A stretch of DNA of 64,000 nucleotides from an uncultured Desulfovibrionaceae bacterium (GCA_964581355.1 CAZOOA010000004.1:17591-81590), one strand, 5' to 3'. Positions 43,798-53,874 are shown, counted from the stretch's first letter. Translations and numbers: made by a program. The notes: generated by a model from the letters alone, not told the origin.

Positions 43798-45162
43798 TTA
43801 AGAAGATGGTCCGATGACAACTATTTCCGGCCTGGGTGCATAAGAATCACTATATAGATGTTCTCTTCCTACCTCCTTCCCGTTTTGGTAATATTGGCGA
43901 TATGTTTCCACCTGGTAGCCCGGCCGACCAGTTTGCTGAACAGCTCTATATCCGGGGTCCTGTTCCCTGGAAATGATTTCTTGAATAGGATAGGAGATCT
44001 CTTTTTTAATCCGTGCAATTATGCGGATATCCAGGGAGTCATCCCTGGTCCCAAATAGTTTTGCTTTTAGGTAGCCATCCACAGCATATAGATGGATTAA
44101 GAGATGGCAAGGATAATTATTGATAAACTTTAAATCCAGGTAATCATAGGCTACTGCAGCGTCAAAGCCCGGGGGGAGGTAGTTGACAGCCAGTCCATGA
44201 TTATGGCGTTCTTTTATTTCCAGGCCAGCATACAGGGCAGCATTATAAAGGGTAGATGAAACCTGGCAAATCCCGCCTCCAGCCTCAGGTACAAGTTGGT
44301 CATCTATAATAACGGGGGCGTTTTTAAAGCCCCCTTCAAGAGAGGCTTTACCTACATATTGATTAAAGGAAAAAAGTTCACCGGGGGCTAGTAGAATGTT
44401 ATCAATTTTTGAAGCTGCCAGTTTAATATTATGTGCTCTGTTTTCATTGGAAGGGTTAAACTGGGTTTGCTTTAAAGCTACTTCCTCCTTTACCCCCTTG
44501 TTAATTACATCAAATACGGTGTGCTCGGGATAAACAGGAAGCATTTCTGCTTTTAAAACCAGGGACTCCCCTGGCCAGATTGATAATTTCTTTTTCAATT
44601 CTTCTTTCAATGGTTCGATGGCAAGTTCCAGGCCATTTTTGTGAGGGGTAAAAATTAACTGACCCTGTTCGGCCCGCACCTCAGCATTGCCAGGAGTTTG
44701 GTGCAGGACAGCAGCAATGTCAACAAAAACAGTCTCAAAACAATCGTTTTTGCTGCGGTATGATACCTGGATCTGTGTAGGTGAAAGGCAACCCGTGATC
44801 CGTTGCAGGAACGGGATGGAAACATTTTGCTTCTTTAAATTTTTGATTGTTTGTTCTCGGTCAATTTCTATCCCCAGGTCCCTCAGAATTATTTCTTTTT
44901 CTGCTCCTTTTTCGTTGATGACCAGCACTGCTTTCTCCTTTTTCATCCTGTAATCCAGATGATCTAAATGTTCATCTAAAGCAGAAAAAGTATAGTATCC
45001 AATATTTTTCTCTCCCAGGTAGAAACAGGGCGGCAGACGAAACATGTAGTATAGCCATAAAAACGAAAAAGAAACTAATCCCAAAGCAAAGATGCCCAGG
45101 GCTGTTTTCCAGGATAATCTTCTCATTAATAAATTTTTTATTCCACAAAGCGCTTTAATCAT
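43798..45162 (-). CDS. VanW-family protein (membrane-anchored)
   Basis: There is an N-terminal TM helix. The VanW core reads GELFSFNQYVG...GGGICQVSSTLYNAALYAGL. Confidence 0.75.
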   Translation of the reverse strand: MIKALCGIKNLLMRRLSWKTALGIFALGLVSFSFLWLYYMFRLPPCFYLGEKNIGYYTFSALDEHLDHLDYRMKKEKAVLVINEKGAEKEIILRDLGIEIDREQTIKNLKKQNVSIPFLQRITGCLSPTQIQVSYRSKNDCFETVFVDIAAVLHQTPGNAEVRAEQGQLIFTPHKNGLELAIEPLKEELKKKLSIWPGESLVLKAEMLPVYPEHTVFDVINKGVKEEVALKQTQFNPSNENRAHNIKLAASKIDNILLAPGELFSFNQYVGKASLEGGFKNAPVIIDDQLVPEAGGGICQVSSTLYNAALYAGLEIKERHNHGLAVNYLPPGFDAAVAYDYLDLKFINNYPCHLLIHLYAVDGYLKAKLFGTRDDSLDIRIIARIKKEISYPIQEIISREQDPGYRAVQQTGRPGYQVETYRQYYQNGKEVGREHLYSDSYAPRPEIVVIGPSS

Positions 45163-45338
45163 TTGGTTATTGTTATGTTTTTGTTCTTACTTTATGAATC
45201 AACCCCTGCAAAAAAATACAGGGGTTGAAAAAAGTCTTATGTTGGTTTGTAGCTGGTATGCTGCTCAGCCCATTTATTGTATCATTCTCCGCAAAGCCGT
45301 GGGGAGCAGTTTCGATGATTTTTTGTTAGCAATCATAC

Positions 45339-46472
45339 TTAAGCCAGCAGGGATAAAAATATACCTGCTGCTACAGCTGAACCAATGACTCCAGCTACGT
45401 TTGGGCCCATGGCATGCATCAAAAGATAATTATTGGGGTTTTCCTGTTTCCCAACCATCTGGGAGACTCGAGCCGCCATGGGGACTGCAGAAACCCCGGC
45501 AGAACCGATCAGTGGATTTACCTTTCCTCCAGTTGCTTTGCACATAATTTTGCCCATGAGGACACCCGCTGCTGTTCCAACAGCGAAAGCAAACAGCCCT
45601 AACAAGATAATCATGATGGTTTCTCTTTGGAGGAAATATTCCGCACTGGCATTGGCTCCAACGGTAATGCCCAGGAAAATTACAACAATATTGTTTAATT
45701 CGTTTTGTGCAGCCTTGTTCAAACGCTCTGTAACACCACATTCCCTGAGCAGGTTTCCAAACATCAACATTCCCAACAAAGGTATCGCTGCAGGTAGCAG
45801 CAAACCTGTTAATAATATCACAACGATGGGAAAAAGAATTCTTTCCCTCTTGGAAACGGGGCGCAGCTGCTGCATTACAATTTTTCTTTCTTCTTTTGTG
45901 GTAAATAGTTTCATAATGGGGGGCTGGATAATCGGCACCAGCGCCATGTACGAATAAGCCGCCACAGCAATGGCTCCTAGCAGCTCGGGAGCCATTCGTG
46001 AAGCGAGATAAATGGCTGTCGGTCCGTCTGCACCACCGATAATGCCAATGGCACCGGCTTCAAAAGGAGTAAAGCCGAAAAACAGGATCGCCCCCAGGAA
46101 GGTGGTAAAAATGCCAAACTGTGCCGCAGCACCCAATAACAGCGTTTTTGGGTTGGAAATCAAGGGGCCAAAATCAGTTAATGCACCTACCCCTAAAAAA
46201 ATTAAGGGAGGATAGATGCCCAGTTCTATACCTTGATAAAGGTAGTATAATAATCCCCCCAACTCACCGTCCTGGGGTGGTGCCATCAAGCCACCCAGGG
46301 GCAGGTTAACCAAAAGCATCCCAAAGCTAATCGGAACCAGTAATAATGGCTCATATTTTTTTACAATTCCCATGTAAAGAAGAACAAGGGACACTATAAT
46401 CATGCCAAGATGTGGAATTGTGAGGTGGGCAAATCCAGTGGTAAGTAAAAAGTCCATTAGCCTTTCTAGCAT
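45339..46472 (-). CDS. Na+-translocating decarboxylase beta subunit (OadB/GcdB/MmdB family)
   Basis: It is a polytopic membrane protein. The family-typical segment reads [13 protein letters not shown]...[16 protein letters not shown]. Confidence 0.9.
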   Translation of the reverse strand: MLERLMDFLLTTGFAHLTIPHLGMIIVSLVLLYMGIVKKYEPLLLVPISFGMLLVNLPLGGLMAPPQDGELGGLLYYLYQGIELGIYPPLIFLGVGALTDFGPLISNPKTLLLGAAAQFGIFTTFLGAILFFGFTPFEAGAIGIIGGADGPTAIYLASRMAPELLGAIAVAAYSYMALVPIIQPPIMKLFTTKEERKIVMQQLRPVSKRERILFPIVVILLTGLLLPAAIPLLGMLMFGNLLRECGVTERLNKAAQNELNNIVVIFLGITVGANASAEYFLQRETIMIILLGLFAFAVGTAAGVLMGKIMCKATGGKVNPLIGSAGVSAVPMAARVSQMVGKQENPNNYLLMHAMGPNVAGVIGSAVAAGIFLSLLA

Positions 46473-46492
46473 TGTAAACCCTCCCCCGCCCG

Positions 46493-46987
46493 TTATTCAA
46501 TGACCAGCATTAAATCACCTGTGTTTACTGTTGAACCTTTTTCAACATGTATAGATTTGATAGACCCCGGGGAGGGGGCTGTAACCTCGTTTTCCATCTT
46601 CATTGCCTCTAAAATCAGTAACAAATCCCCTTCTTTTACAGAGTCGCCGACACTTACTTTCACATCAATAACAGAGCCCGGCATGGGAGCTGTTACCGGC
46701 ACTCCACCCTCCACTTTAACCTCCGGTTTTGGTTTCGGCTTGGGTGTCTCCTTGGGTGCTTCTTGTTTAGCCGGGGGCTCAGGAGTTGAAGTTGGTTGAG
46801 CCCTGGGTGGAGAAGGAGGAGGAGCAGGAGCTTGTTGGGTTGGTGGAGTTGGTGGAGTTGGTGCTGACTGAGGTGCAGCATACTGCTGCGGCTGTTGTGG
46901 CATAGAATAAGCAGCCGGCTGACTTCCGACTTCTTCAACAACTACTTCAAAAGGTTGGCCATTAACATACACGCGGAATTTTCTCAT
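46493..46987 (-). CDS. Biotin carboxyl carrier subunit of the Na+-pump decarboxylase (GcdC/MmdC-like)
   Basis: A short N-terminal domain and a Pro/Ala-rich linker are followed by a biotinyl domain. The biotinyl domain carries the EAMKMENE biotinylation motif. Confidence 0.85.
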   Translation of the reverse strand: MRKFRVYVNGQPFEVVVEEVGSQPAAYSMPQQPQQYAAPQSAPTPPTPPTQQAPAPPPSPPRAQPTSTPEPPAKQEAPKETPKPKPKPEVKVEGGVPVTAPMPGSVIDVKVSVGDSVKEGDLLLILEAMKMENEVTAPSPGSIKSIHVEKGSTVNTGDLMLVIE

Positions 46988-47514
46988 CGTAATATCCCCC
47001 TTCTAAGTAAAACAAAATCCTGCCTTAATTGTAATAGTCGGGTTCTTCCCATTTCCACCCACAAATTACCTTCTGGACCCCGTTCAGGGACATCTACTGC
47101 AAACGAACCTGGCGCTTCAAAAAGATAACTTAAAGCTCCGGTTATTGCAGCAATTACTTCCGGCCCAGCCTGTTTTTCCTGTTCTACATACATGGCTGCA
47201 GCAATAGCAGCAACCTGCTCAGGAGGGGCAGAAGAATCCGTTGCGACAGATATTGTCTCCATCTGACCTTCATTCTGACCTTCATTTTTAGCCAACGCAG
47301 CCGAAGGTTCAGTTTGTTCACCGCTTTCCTGGCCCTGACCATCCCCCTCAGACTTGGTCTGCTGTTGGAGTGATCCAGTCATATCTTTTTTCTCTTTAGG
47401 TGCCAGAAAGCGGTTAAAACCCATCAATATAACTGAAAGTAATACCAATGCTACAATTACTACAGAGAAACCAACAACTAGCACTTCTAAGCCAAATCGT
47501 AATTCATTCATTGC
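46984..47514 (-). CDS. OadG-like small membrane anchor subunit (decarboxylase gamma/delta)
   Basis: The ATG at 47514 has a GGAGG SD and gives MNELRFGLEVLVVGFSVVIVALVLL.... The ORF-track start at 47592 is an upstream extension. Confidence 0.6.
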   Translation of the reverse strand, partial: AMNELRFGLEVLVVGFSVVIVALVLLSVILMGFNRFLAPKEKKDMTGSLQQQTKSEGDGQGQESGEQTEPSAALAKNEGQNEGQMETISVATDSSAPPEQVAAIAAAMYVEQEKQAGPEVIAAITGALSYLFEAPGSFAVDVPERGPEGNLWVEMGRTRLLQLRQDFVLLRRGILR

Positions 47515-47540
47515 TAAACCTCCTACATGAAAAAATAATT

Positions 47541-48110
47541 TTACGTTTTTTTCACCTCCCTGGATTCTAAGCGCTCCTTGCCCAACTCCCAACCTTTGGC
47601 AAAGGCTTGTGAATTCAGTTCCATCGTGTGAGGAGGCACTCTCTTTTTCAGTGCTTCTTCTACCGATGAGAATTCCAGTATTTTGCTTAAGGAAGTTAAC
47701 ACGCCCAAGGCAACAATATTGGACACTATCTCCCGCCCTAAATCGTTCCGGGCCTTGGATATAATGGGAAAAGAATTAACCCGGGCACGCTGCACCTTGG
47801 CATCAACACTGTCGTCTATAATAATGATGCTTTCTGAAGCCACGTTATAACAGTATTTTGAATATGCCTCGGTGGTAAGAGCCAGAAAGATATCTGCCTC
47901 TTCGACTTCCAGGTAGTCTATCGGTTTATTGCTAATAATTACTTCCGCGCGACTGGCTCCCCCCCTGGCTTCGGGCCCGTAGCTTTGTGTCTGAACAACC
48001 TGCTTGCCCTCCAGGTTTCCGGCTTCCGCAAGGATAATACCGGCCAGAATAAGTCCCTGCCCCCCTGAACCGCTTAGCCTGATTTGCCATTTTTCTTCCT
48101 GTGTTCTCAT
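47541..48110 (-). CDS. 2-oxoacid:ferredoxin oxidoreductase gamma subunit
   Basis: IRLSGSGGQGLILAGIILAEAG is the POR/KOR/VOR gamma-family N-terminus. Total length is 189 aa. Confidence 0.85.
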   Translation of the reverse strand: MRTQEEKWQIRLSGSGGQGLILAGIILAEAGNLEGKQVVQTQSYGPEARGGASRAEVIISNKPIDYLEVEEADIFLALTTEAYSKYCYNVASESIIIIDDSVDAKVQRARVNSFPIISKARNDLGREIVSNIVALGVLTSLSKILEFSSVEEALKKRVPPHTMELNSQAFAKGWELGKERLESREVKKT

Positions 48111-48946
48111 TTTGCATTCTCCTGAACATTTTCAATTACTTTATGATATTCTTCTGTATATTCTGGCCTGTAACGGGAAGAAAGCACACCTGTCAAAATT
48201 TTTCCCTTAAGCGCGCTGGGAGACATCCTGGAGGCGGCTTTCATGGTCACTGTATTTTCCTTTTGCCACCTCAGCATATCCACGGCACTTCCTTTTTTAT
48301 TCATTCGCCCATAATAGATCGGGCACTGGGATAAGACTTCTACCAGGGAAAATCCATTGTTCTCCATGGACTTCAAAATCAAATCCTCCAGCAGGACAGG
48401 CTGATATGTTCCACCCCGGGCTACAAAAGTGGCCCCTGCGCTTTCGGCAACCTTACACATATCCAACTCCGGTTCCACGTTTCCATATGGAGCGGTTGAC
48501 GCCTTGTCTCCTTTTAAAGTCAGCGGGGAGTACTGGCCTCCCGTCATACCATAAATATTATTATTGATGACGATTAAGGATATGTTTATGTTTCTTCGAC
48601 AGGAATGTAAAAAGTGATTCCCACCAATTGCCGTAGCATCCCCATCCCCTGTAATCACAACAACCTCAAGGTCGGGATTGGCCAGCTTGATCCCTGTAGC
48701 AAAAGCCAGGGGGCGGCCATGGGTGGTGTGCAGCGTGTTAAAGTCAATGTATCCACTGATCCTGGAAGAACATCCTATACCGCTAACTACAACTACTTTG
48801 TTCCGATCAAGCTGTAATGAATCAACAGCCCTTAAAAAAGCACTCATAGCCATGCCATTGCCACATCCGGGACACCAGATATGGGGCATTTTATCCATTC
48901 GTAAATACTTGTTAACATTAAAGGACTTCGGCATGTTTTTCTTCAC
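48107..48946 (-). CDS. 2-oxoacid:ferredoxin oxidoreductase beta subunit (TPP-binding)
   Basis: The Fe-S Cys motif reads WCPGCGNG. The TPP-binding fold reads GDGDATAIGGNH. Confidence 0.88.
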   Translation of the reverse strand: MKKNMPKSFNVNKYLRMDKMPHIWCPGCGNGMAMSAFLRAVDSLQLDRNKVVVVSGIGCSSRISGYIDFNTLHTTHGRPLAFATGIKLANPDLEVVVITGDGDATAIGGNHFLHSCRRNINISLIVINNNIYGMTGGQYSPLTLKGDKASTAPYGNVEPELDMCKVAESAGATFVARGGTYQPVLLEDLILKSMENNGFSLVEVLSQCPIYYGRMNKKGSAVDMLRWQKENTVTMKAASRMSPSALKGKILTGVLSSRYRPEYTEEYHKVIENVQENAK

Positions 48947-50069
48947 CCCTGAAATATGCGACTATTTTGTTCGGATGGAACAATCGCCCGTCTATCTGTG
49001 ACAAAGTGACGACTATGGTTCGATCACTAACTACCTTTTTGACTTCCCGGGCATATTGACCTAAATTCATTTCCGGGACCAGGACAGACCGCTTGCCCAG
49101 GGTTTTTTGGCGAACCAGTTTTTCGGGAAAAGGCCAAAGGGTCTGCAGTTGAAGCAGTCCGGCTTTGATTCCTTCTTTACGAGCGATTTTAACAGCACTT
49201 GCTGCCGAGCGGGCAGATGCTCCAAAAGCTATCAACAGGTGCTCTGCATCTTCGGTCATCATTTCTTTATACAGGGTAATTTCATCCTGGTGAGCAAAAA
49301 TTTTGTTATTCAGCCTGCGAAGCAGTTTATCAATAGCTGCATGGTTCCCGGCACATGGAAAACCTGTCTCATCATGGACAAGCCCGGTAACATGGTGCCG
49401 GTAGCCTTCTCCAAATGCAGCCATGGGAGGCGGTGCATCAGCTTCTGCGGCGTATGGAAGAAACTTATCCGGTGTTTCCCAGGGACTGGGACGGCTTATT
49501 AGCTTGATATGATCGTAGTTGCTCAGCTGGACACTTTCTCTTAGATGGCCGATGGTTTCATCCAGCAGCAGGATTACAGGTGTCCGAAATCGCTCAGAAA
49601 AGTTGAAAGCCATAATTGTCAGGTAGTAAGTCTCTTCAACAGAAGCTGGACAAAGGGCTATTATCGCGTGTTCTCCGTGGGTCCCCCACCTGGCCTGCAA
49701 AACGTCTCCCTGAGAGGTAAGGGTTGGGCCGCCGGTGCTGGGCCCCAGGCGCTGAACATTGACTATCACACAGGGAACCTCGGTCATAATAGCGAAGCCC
49801 AAGTTTTCTTGCTTTAAACTAAACCCAGGCCCGCTGGTGGCTGTTAAAGACTTGGTACCGGCTAACGATGCCCCAATGACAGCAGCCATAGAAGCAATTT
49901 CATCCTCCATTTGGATAAACTTGCCGCCCTGCAGCGGCAATTTCCGGGCCAGCAATTCAGCAATTTCCGTGGAGGGGGTAATTGGATACCCGGCAAAAAA
50001 TTGAACACCAGCTTTTATGGCGCCTTCCGCACAGGCTTCATTTCCCTGCATTAACCTTCGACTACTCAT
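48918..50069 (-). CDS. 2-oxoacid:ferredoxin oxidoreductase alpha subunit
   Basis: The 383-aa protein has the POR_N domain with GYPITPSTEI and a transketolase-C-like domain. Confidence 0.88.
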   Translation of the reverse strand: MSSRRLMQGNEACAEGAIKAGVQFFAGYPITPSTEIAELLARKLPLQGGKFIQMEDEIASMAAVIGASLAGTKSLTATSGPGFSLKQENLGFAIMTEVPCVIVNVQRLGPSTGGPTLTSQGDVLQARWGTHGEHAIIALCPASVEETYYLTIMAFNFSERFRTPVILLLDETIGHLRESVQLSNYDHIKLISRPSPWETPDKFLPYAAEADAPPPMAAFGEGYRHHVTGLVHDETGFPCAGNHAAIDKLLRRLNNKIFAHQDEITLYKEMMTEDAEHLLIAFGASARSAASAVKIARKEGIKAGLLQLQTLWPFPEKLVRQKTLGKRSVLVPEMNLGQYAREVKKVVSDRTIVVTLSQIDGRLFHPNKIVAYFRGEEKHAEVL

Positions 50070-50292
50070 CTTCTCTTTCCTCCAACTCTATGGCAAAATC
50101 CGGACAGCGTAACTGACACAAGCCGCACAAAACGCAGTCTTCGGGCCGGGCAGCGACCGCTTTTCCATCTTTCATTTCAAATAATTTCTTGGGACAATAC
50201 TCTACACAAATACCGCAACCTTTGCACCAGGCTGTATTTATAGACACAGGTTGCTTTTCCTGGTTATTCTGTACTTCGGCCATTTTATTCAC
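50062..50292 (-). CDS. 2-oxoacid:ferredoxin oxidoreductase delta subunit (2x[4Fe-4S] ferredoxin)
   Basis: Two clusters are present, CKGCGICVEYCP and CVLCGLCQLRCP. Confidence 0.85.
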   Translation of the reverse strand: MNKMAEVQNNQEKQPVSINTAWCKGCGICVEYCPKKLFEMKDGKAVAARPEDCVLCGLCQLRCPDFAIELEEREDE

Positions 50293-50393
50293 CCTTGCTA
50301 TCTGACATTTGTTCTAAAAAGTTAAAACATTTCTAATACCAGTTATGGCTTACCTATTTATTCTTTATCTAATTGGTAAAATCCTTTTTTCCG

Positions 50394-51239
50394 CTAAAAT
50401 CTTTTCGTCCCTTTTCGAATCGCAGCGCTTACTCTTTTCAACTTCTCCAGGTATGAATAGTTAATGGAGACCGCCCCCACGTTGGGAGACGACCCGAGAT
50501 TGGAACCATGGAAGTCTGAACCTCCTGTCACCAAAAGATTATATTTTTTGGCGTATTTCATATAACGGAGGTTGGCAAAAAGCTGCTGATCAGGGTGAAA
50601 AACCTCAATACCAAGAAGGCCGGCGCTTACCAGAGAGGGGATAATCGAATCTTCTTTATAGAGACCTGGATGAGCCAGAACCGGTATCCCCTTTGCATTT
50701 CTAATTAAAAATATCGCGTCATAGGGGGAGAATTTAATGCGGTCTACAAATGCCGGGGCTTCATGACCGATATACCGCTCAAAAGCCTCTGCAGGATCCT
50801 GGCAGTATCCTTTCTTGCATAAAGCTATCGCCAGGTGTGGTCTTCCCATTAAGTCACCTTTCACTATATTCAAGACGTCTGAAAACTCAATGGAAAGGCC
50901 CATCTTCTGCAGTTTTTCCACCATCTTGGCCATTCTATCAAAACGATTTACCCGAATCTTTTTCAAATTTTTCCGAAAAGCGGGATTGCTGGGATCGCAA
51001 TAATACCCCAGCATGTGGATTTCCTTCCCTTTGTAATCTGTGCTCAATTCGACGCCGGGTATAATCTCAACACCGTACTTTCTACCTGCAGTTTCAGCAT
51101 AGGGCAATCCCTGCATCGTGTCATGGTCTGTAAGAGCAATCGCTGAAACACCCAGGTTATTAGCTTCATTGACAACCTCATCTGGGGTTAACATGCCATC
51201 GGAAACACTGGTATGAACATGTAAGTCTACTCTGCTCAT
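50394..51239 (-). CDS. PHP-domain metal-dependent phosphoesterase (TrpH/YciV-like)
   Basis: VDLHVHTSVSDG...ALTDHDT...AHP...GGSDFH. Confidence 0.8.
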   Translation of the reverse strand: MSRVDLHVHTSVSDGMLTPDEVVNEANNLGVSAIALTDHDTMQGLPYAETAGRKYGVEIIPGVELSTDYKGKEIHMLGYYCDPSNPAFRKNLKKIRVNRFDRMAKMVEKLQKMGLSIEFSDVLNIVKGDLMGRPHLAIALCKKGYCQDPAEAFERYIGHEAPAFVDRIKFSPYDAIFLIRNAKGIPVLAHPGLYKEDSIIPSLVSAGLLGIEVFHPDQQLFANLRYMKYAKKYNLLVTGGSDFHGSNLGSSPNVGAVSINYSYLEKLKRVSAAIRKGTKRF

Positions 51240-51277
51240 AAAGGAACTTCCTGTTCTTTTATAATTTGCTTTTCTTC

Positions 51278-52273
51278 TTAAGGCATTACCGCTTTTAAAA
51301 CTCGCTCAAAATTTCCGTAAAGTATTTTTCCAATCTCATCCTTAGAAAATCCCCTGGAAACAAGCCCACGGGTAAGGTTGGGCACATAAGAAGCATCATC
51401 CAGCCCTTCAACTGGATATGAAATCCCATCGAAATCAGAGCCGATTCCAACAGACTCTACACCTGCAACCCCAGCAACATGTTCAAAGTGATCCAGCAAT
51501 TTTTCCATAGAGGGGGAAGCCTGGTGAATAAAATCCGGGCAAAACGTCATCCCGACAACTCCCCCGTTTTGCTTTAAGCAGCGCAGTTGAGCATCGGAGA
51601 GGTTACGGGGATGGTCGCATATTTTTTTTGTATTTGCATGAGATACAATCGCAGGGCTCTCGGTTAAATCAAGCGCTTCATTGTATCCTTTTGTTCCAAG
51701 GTGAGCCAGGTCCACCAACATACCCAGGCGATTCATTTCCTTGATCACCTTTTTGCCCAATGGTGTTAAACCATTATCGGTGTTGGCGCTTATTCCGGCA
51801 GCAAGCTGATTTTGATTGTTCCAGGTAAGGCCCAGTCCTCGGACTCCAAGGTTAAAAAACTCCTTTAGGTTTTGAATGCTGCCTTCCAGGGCCTCCCCCC
51901 CTTCAATGGTAAGCAATGCACCTATTTTACTGCTTTGTTTAACCTTTTCCAGGTCTTTCCGGGAATATATGGTTTCCACTTGACCTGTTAGCTTTTCTAT
52001 AGTGCTAAAATAATATTCCAAAAGTTGAAAACCCCTGCTGAATGCTCCAGTAACTCGAAACTTTTCTTCAATAAATAAAGCAAAAAACTGCACCTTTATC
52101 CCCCCAGCCTCTAATCTGGGAAGGTCAACATGTCCACATTGATTATTGGATGTAAAATCATAATCTCCTTTTTCACCAGTAAAGTTCTGGACTGTATCAC
52201 AATGAGCATCAATAACCCTGCATTGAAAATGATAGCTCAGGATTTCGTCCTCTCCTGTAAAAATATACAACAA
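51278..52273 (-). CDS. Membrane dipeptidase (peptidase family M19)
   Basis: VIDAHCDT...LVDLAHLG...IVSHAN...GSDFDG. It has a TTG start with an AAAGGAG SD. Confidence 0.85.
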   Translation of the reverse strand: MLYIFTGEDEILSYHFQCRVIDAHCDTVQNFTGEKGDYDFTSNNQCGHVDLPRLEAGGIKVQFFALFIEEKFRVTGAFSRGFQLLEYYFSTIEKLTGQVETIYSRKDLEKVKQSSKIGALLTIEGGEALEGSIQNLKEFFNLGVRGLGLTWNNQNQLAAGISANTDNGLTPLGKKVIKEMNRLGMLVDLAHLGTKGYNEALDLTESPAIVSHANTKKICDHPRNLSDAQLRCLKQNGGVVGMTFCPDFIHQASPSMEKLLDHFEHVAGVAGVESVGIGSDFDGISYPVEGLDDASYVPNLTRGLVSRGFSKDEIGKILYGNFERVLKAVMP

Positions 52274-52309
52274 ATCAACTCCTTTTTCAAATAAATTATC
52301 ACTCGCTTC

Positions 52310-52610
52310 AGTATGAAAATGGAGTTTCCGTTTCCCTGTATCGGCTCCGGTTATCTTCGCGGCAAAGCGCTAGGGCTCAGTTCAAGCTTCCGCCGGCCGA
52401 CCTGCAAACTTAGGCATCCTGCCACGGTTGCAGGCGGCGGGCGTCCATGCCCGCCGGGCCGGCTCCCAGCTTTCACTTTGCCAAGCGCTTTTAGCCGCTT
52501 GACAAAGTCGCCGATACAGGGAAAGCGGACCTTCTCCTGGCGGGAAACGGGTTTGAAAATTCATTTTGTCCCCTGTTGTAGCCCGTGAGGGCCGTGAGGG
52601 CCGTGGCGGT
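52310..52610. repeat. GC-rich palindromic (MITE-like) element, the diverged third member of the GCTTTCCCTG repeat family, in the dipeptidase 5' leader
   Basis: The 15-bp inverted termini are TTTCCCTGTATCGGC (52331-52345) and GCCGATACAGGGAAA (52510-52524). Internal hairpins lie at 52401-52434 and 52436-52455. A tandem GCCGTGAGGG x2 lies at 52583-52608. Local GC is far above the flanks. The overlapping ORFs on both strands have no RBS and no protein-like composition. Confidence 0.6.
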
Positions 52611-52723
52611 TAGTATGATAATAATGCACAAAAAAACACACCTTTAAAAAGGAGTGTTAAATTGACTCGGCAATAGATGCCATAATAAACTGGTTTTTGT
52701 GATCTGTAAACATTAATGATTTA

Positions 52724-52984
52724 TTAACGAGGCTCCACAATTAACTTGATCGCCGTTCTTTCCTCCCCATCAATTTGAATATCAGTAAATGCTGGGATAC
52801 AAATTAAATCCATACCACTGGGAGCGACAAACCCTCTTGCAATAGCTACAGCTTTCACCGCTTGATTTAGTGCCCCGGCCCCGATTGCTTGGATCTCGGC
52901 CCCTCCTCGCTCTCGTAAAACCCCTGCTAAAGCGCCAGCCACAGAATTAGGATTGGATTTTGCTGAAACCTTTAATACTTCCAT
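52724..52984 (-). CDS. spoVS: Stage V sporulation protein S
   Basis: The 86-aa protein MEVLKVSAKSNPNSVAGALAGVLRERGGAEIQAIGAGALNQAVKAVAIARGF... is near-identical in pattern to SpoVS. The SD is AAAGGAGG. Confidence 0.92.
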   Translation of the reverse strand: MEVLKVSAKSNPNSVAGALAGVLRERGGAEIQAIGAGALNQAVKAVAIARGFVAPSGMDLICIPAFTDIQIDGEERTAIKLIVEPR

Positions 52985-53159
52985 GAACTATTAGTACCTC
53001 CTTTGGGGAATCAATTAATTAGTATTTTATTTTATCATATAATATTCTTCAACATTTAAAAATTTCCTTCTTTATTTTAAAAAATCTTTATATTCAACTA
53101 AGTTTAAAGTTTTCACAAATTTTTCACAGAAACAACTTGCTTGGTAGCGGCTTTTAATA

Positions 53160-53675
53160 CTACCGGTCAAACACATATACTTTTCCTGAGTCCCGAAAAG
53201 CGAACAAGTTTTCCTCCTGCTCTCCACCGTTTTTCCTGGAGAGCAGGCATTCATAGTAACTTTCTTCGTCCTTGGAAGTACTGCTGATGGGATAAGTCTC
53301 TCGGCTCAGATCGATAAACACATCACTTTGAAAGTGGCTTAAAACCAGACTGCAAGCCAAGCTAATTTCTTCCAGGGATATCCCCTCCTTTTCCCAGGTG
53401 GCCTCTAAAAGTGTCCAGGATTCAATGGAAGTTCTTTCTAATTTCGGAGCAGCATCTTCATTCTCTTTCAATTTGTTGTAAACATCCTGGCACTGTTGAA
53501 ACAACTTTTGGAATCCTATGTATTCCCCTTTTTCAAGGGTTTTTTTCAACATAAAGGTAATCTTCAGCCTGGTTACGGCGACATTGTAATATATTGTAAA
53601 TATTTCGGGAAACTGCACCAGTAATGAAATTAAAAAATTAACCCGGGGCATATCTTCTGGGACCTGTTTCATCAT
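53160..53675 (-). CDS. Hypothetical protein (171 aa) occupying the rny-spoVS spacer
   Basis: A clean ORF with no recognised motif. Confidence 0.5.
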   Translation of the reverse strand: MMKQVPEDMPRVNFLISLLVQFPEIFTIYYNVAVTRLKITFMLKKTLEKGEYIGFQKLFQQCQDVYNKLKENEDAAPKLERTSIESWTLLEATWEKEGISLEEISLACSLVLSHFQSDVFIDLSRETYPISSTSKDEESYYECLLSRKNGGEQEENLFAFRDSGKVYVFDR

Positions 53676-53874
53676 TCATCTTCGCTCCTCATGGATTGAC
53701 CCTAACACCCTGCTCCAGGCTTCCATCTCCTTTTAACTTGCTCTGGCCGGTCAGGGTTTAGGACTGCTGGGTGTTTGAGAATAACTATTCCATACATAGG
53801 CGAGGAAATCCTTCTGTAAAAAGAAAAAAGTGCCTTGCGGCACTTATTACCAAATACAACGAAAATGTTTTTTT

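Noticed and set aside
52313-52588. Overlapping 91-aa (+) and 60-aa (-) ORFs
   Set aside because: They lie entirely within the GC-rich palindromic repeat. Their amino-acid composition (Pro/Gly/Arg/Ala runs) reflects GC content, not coding. Neither has an RBS.
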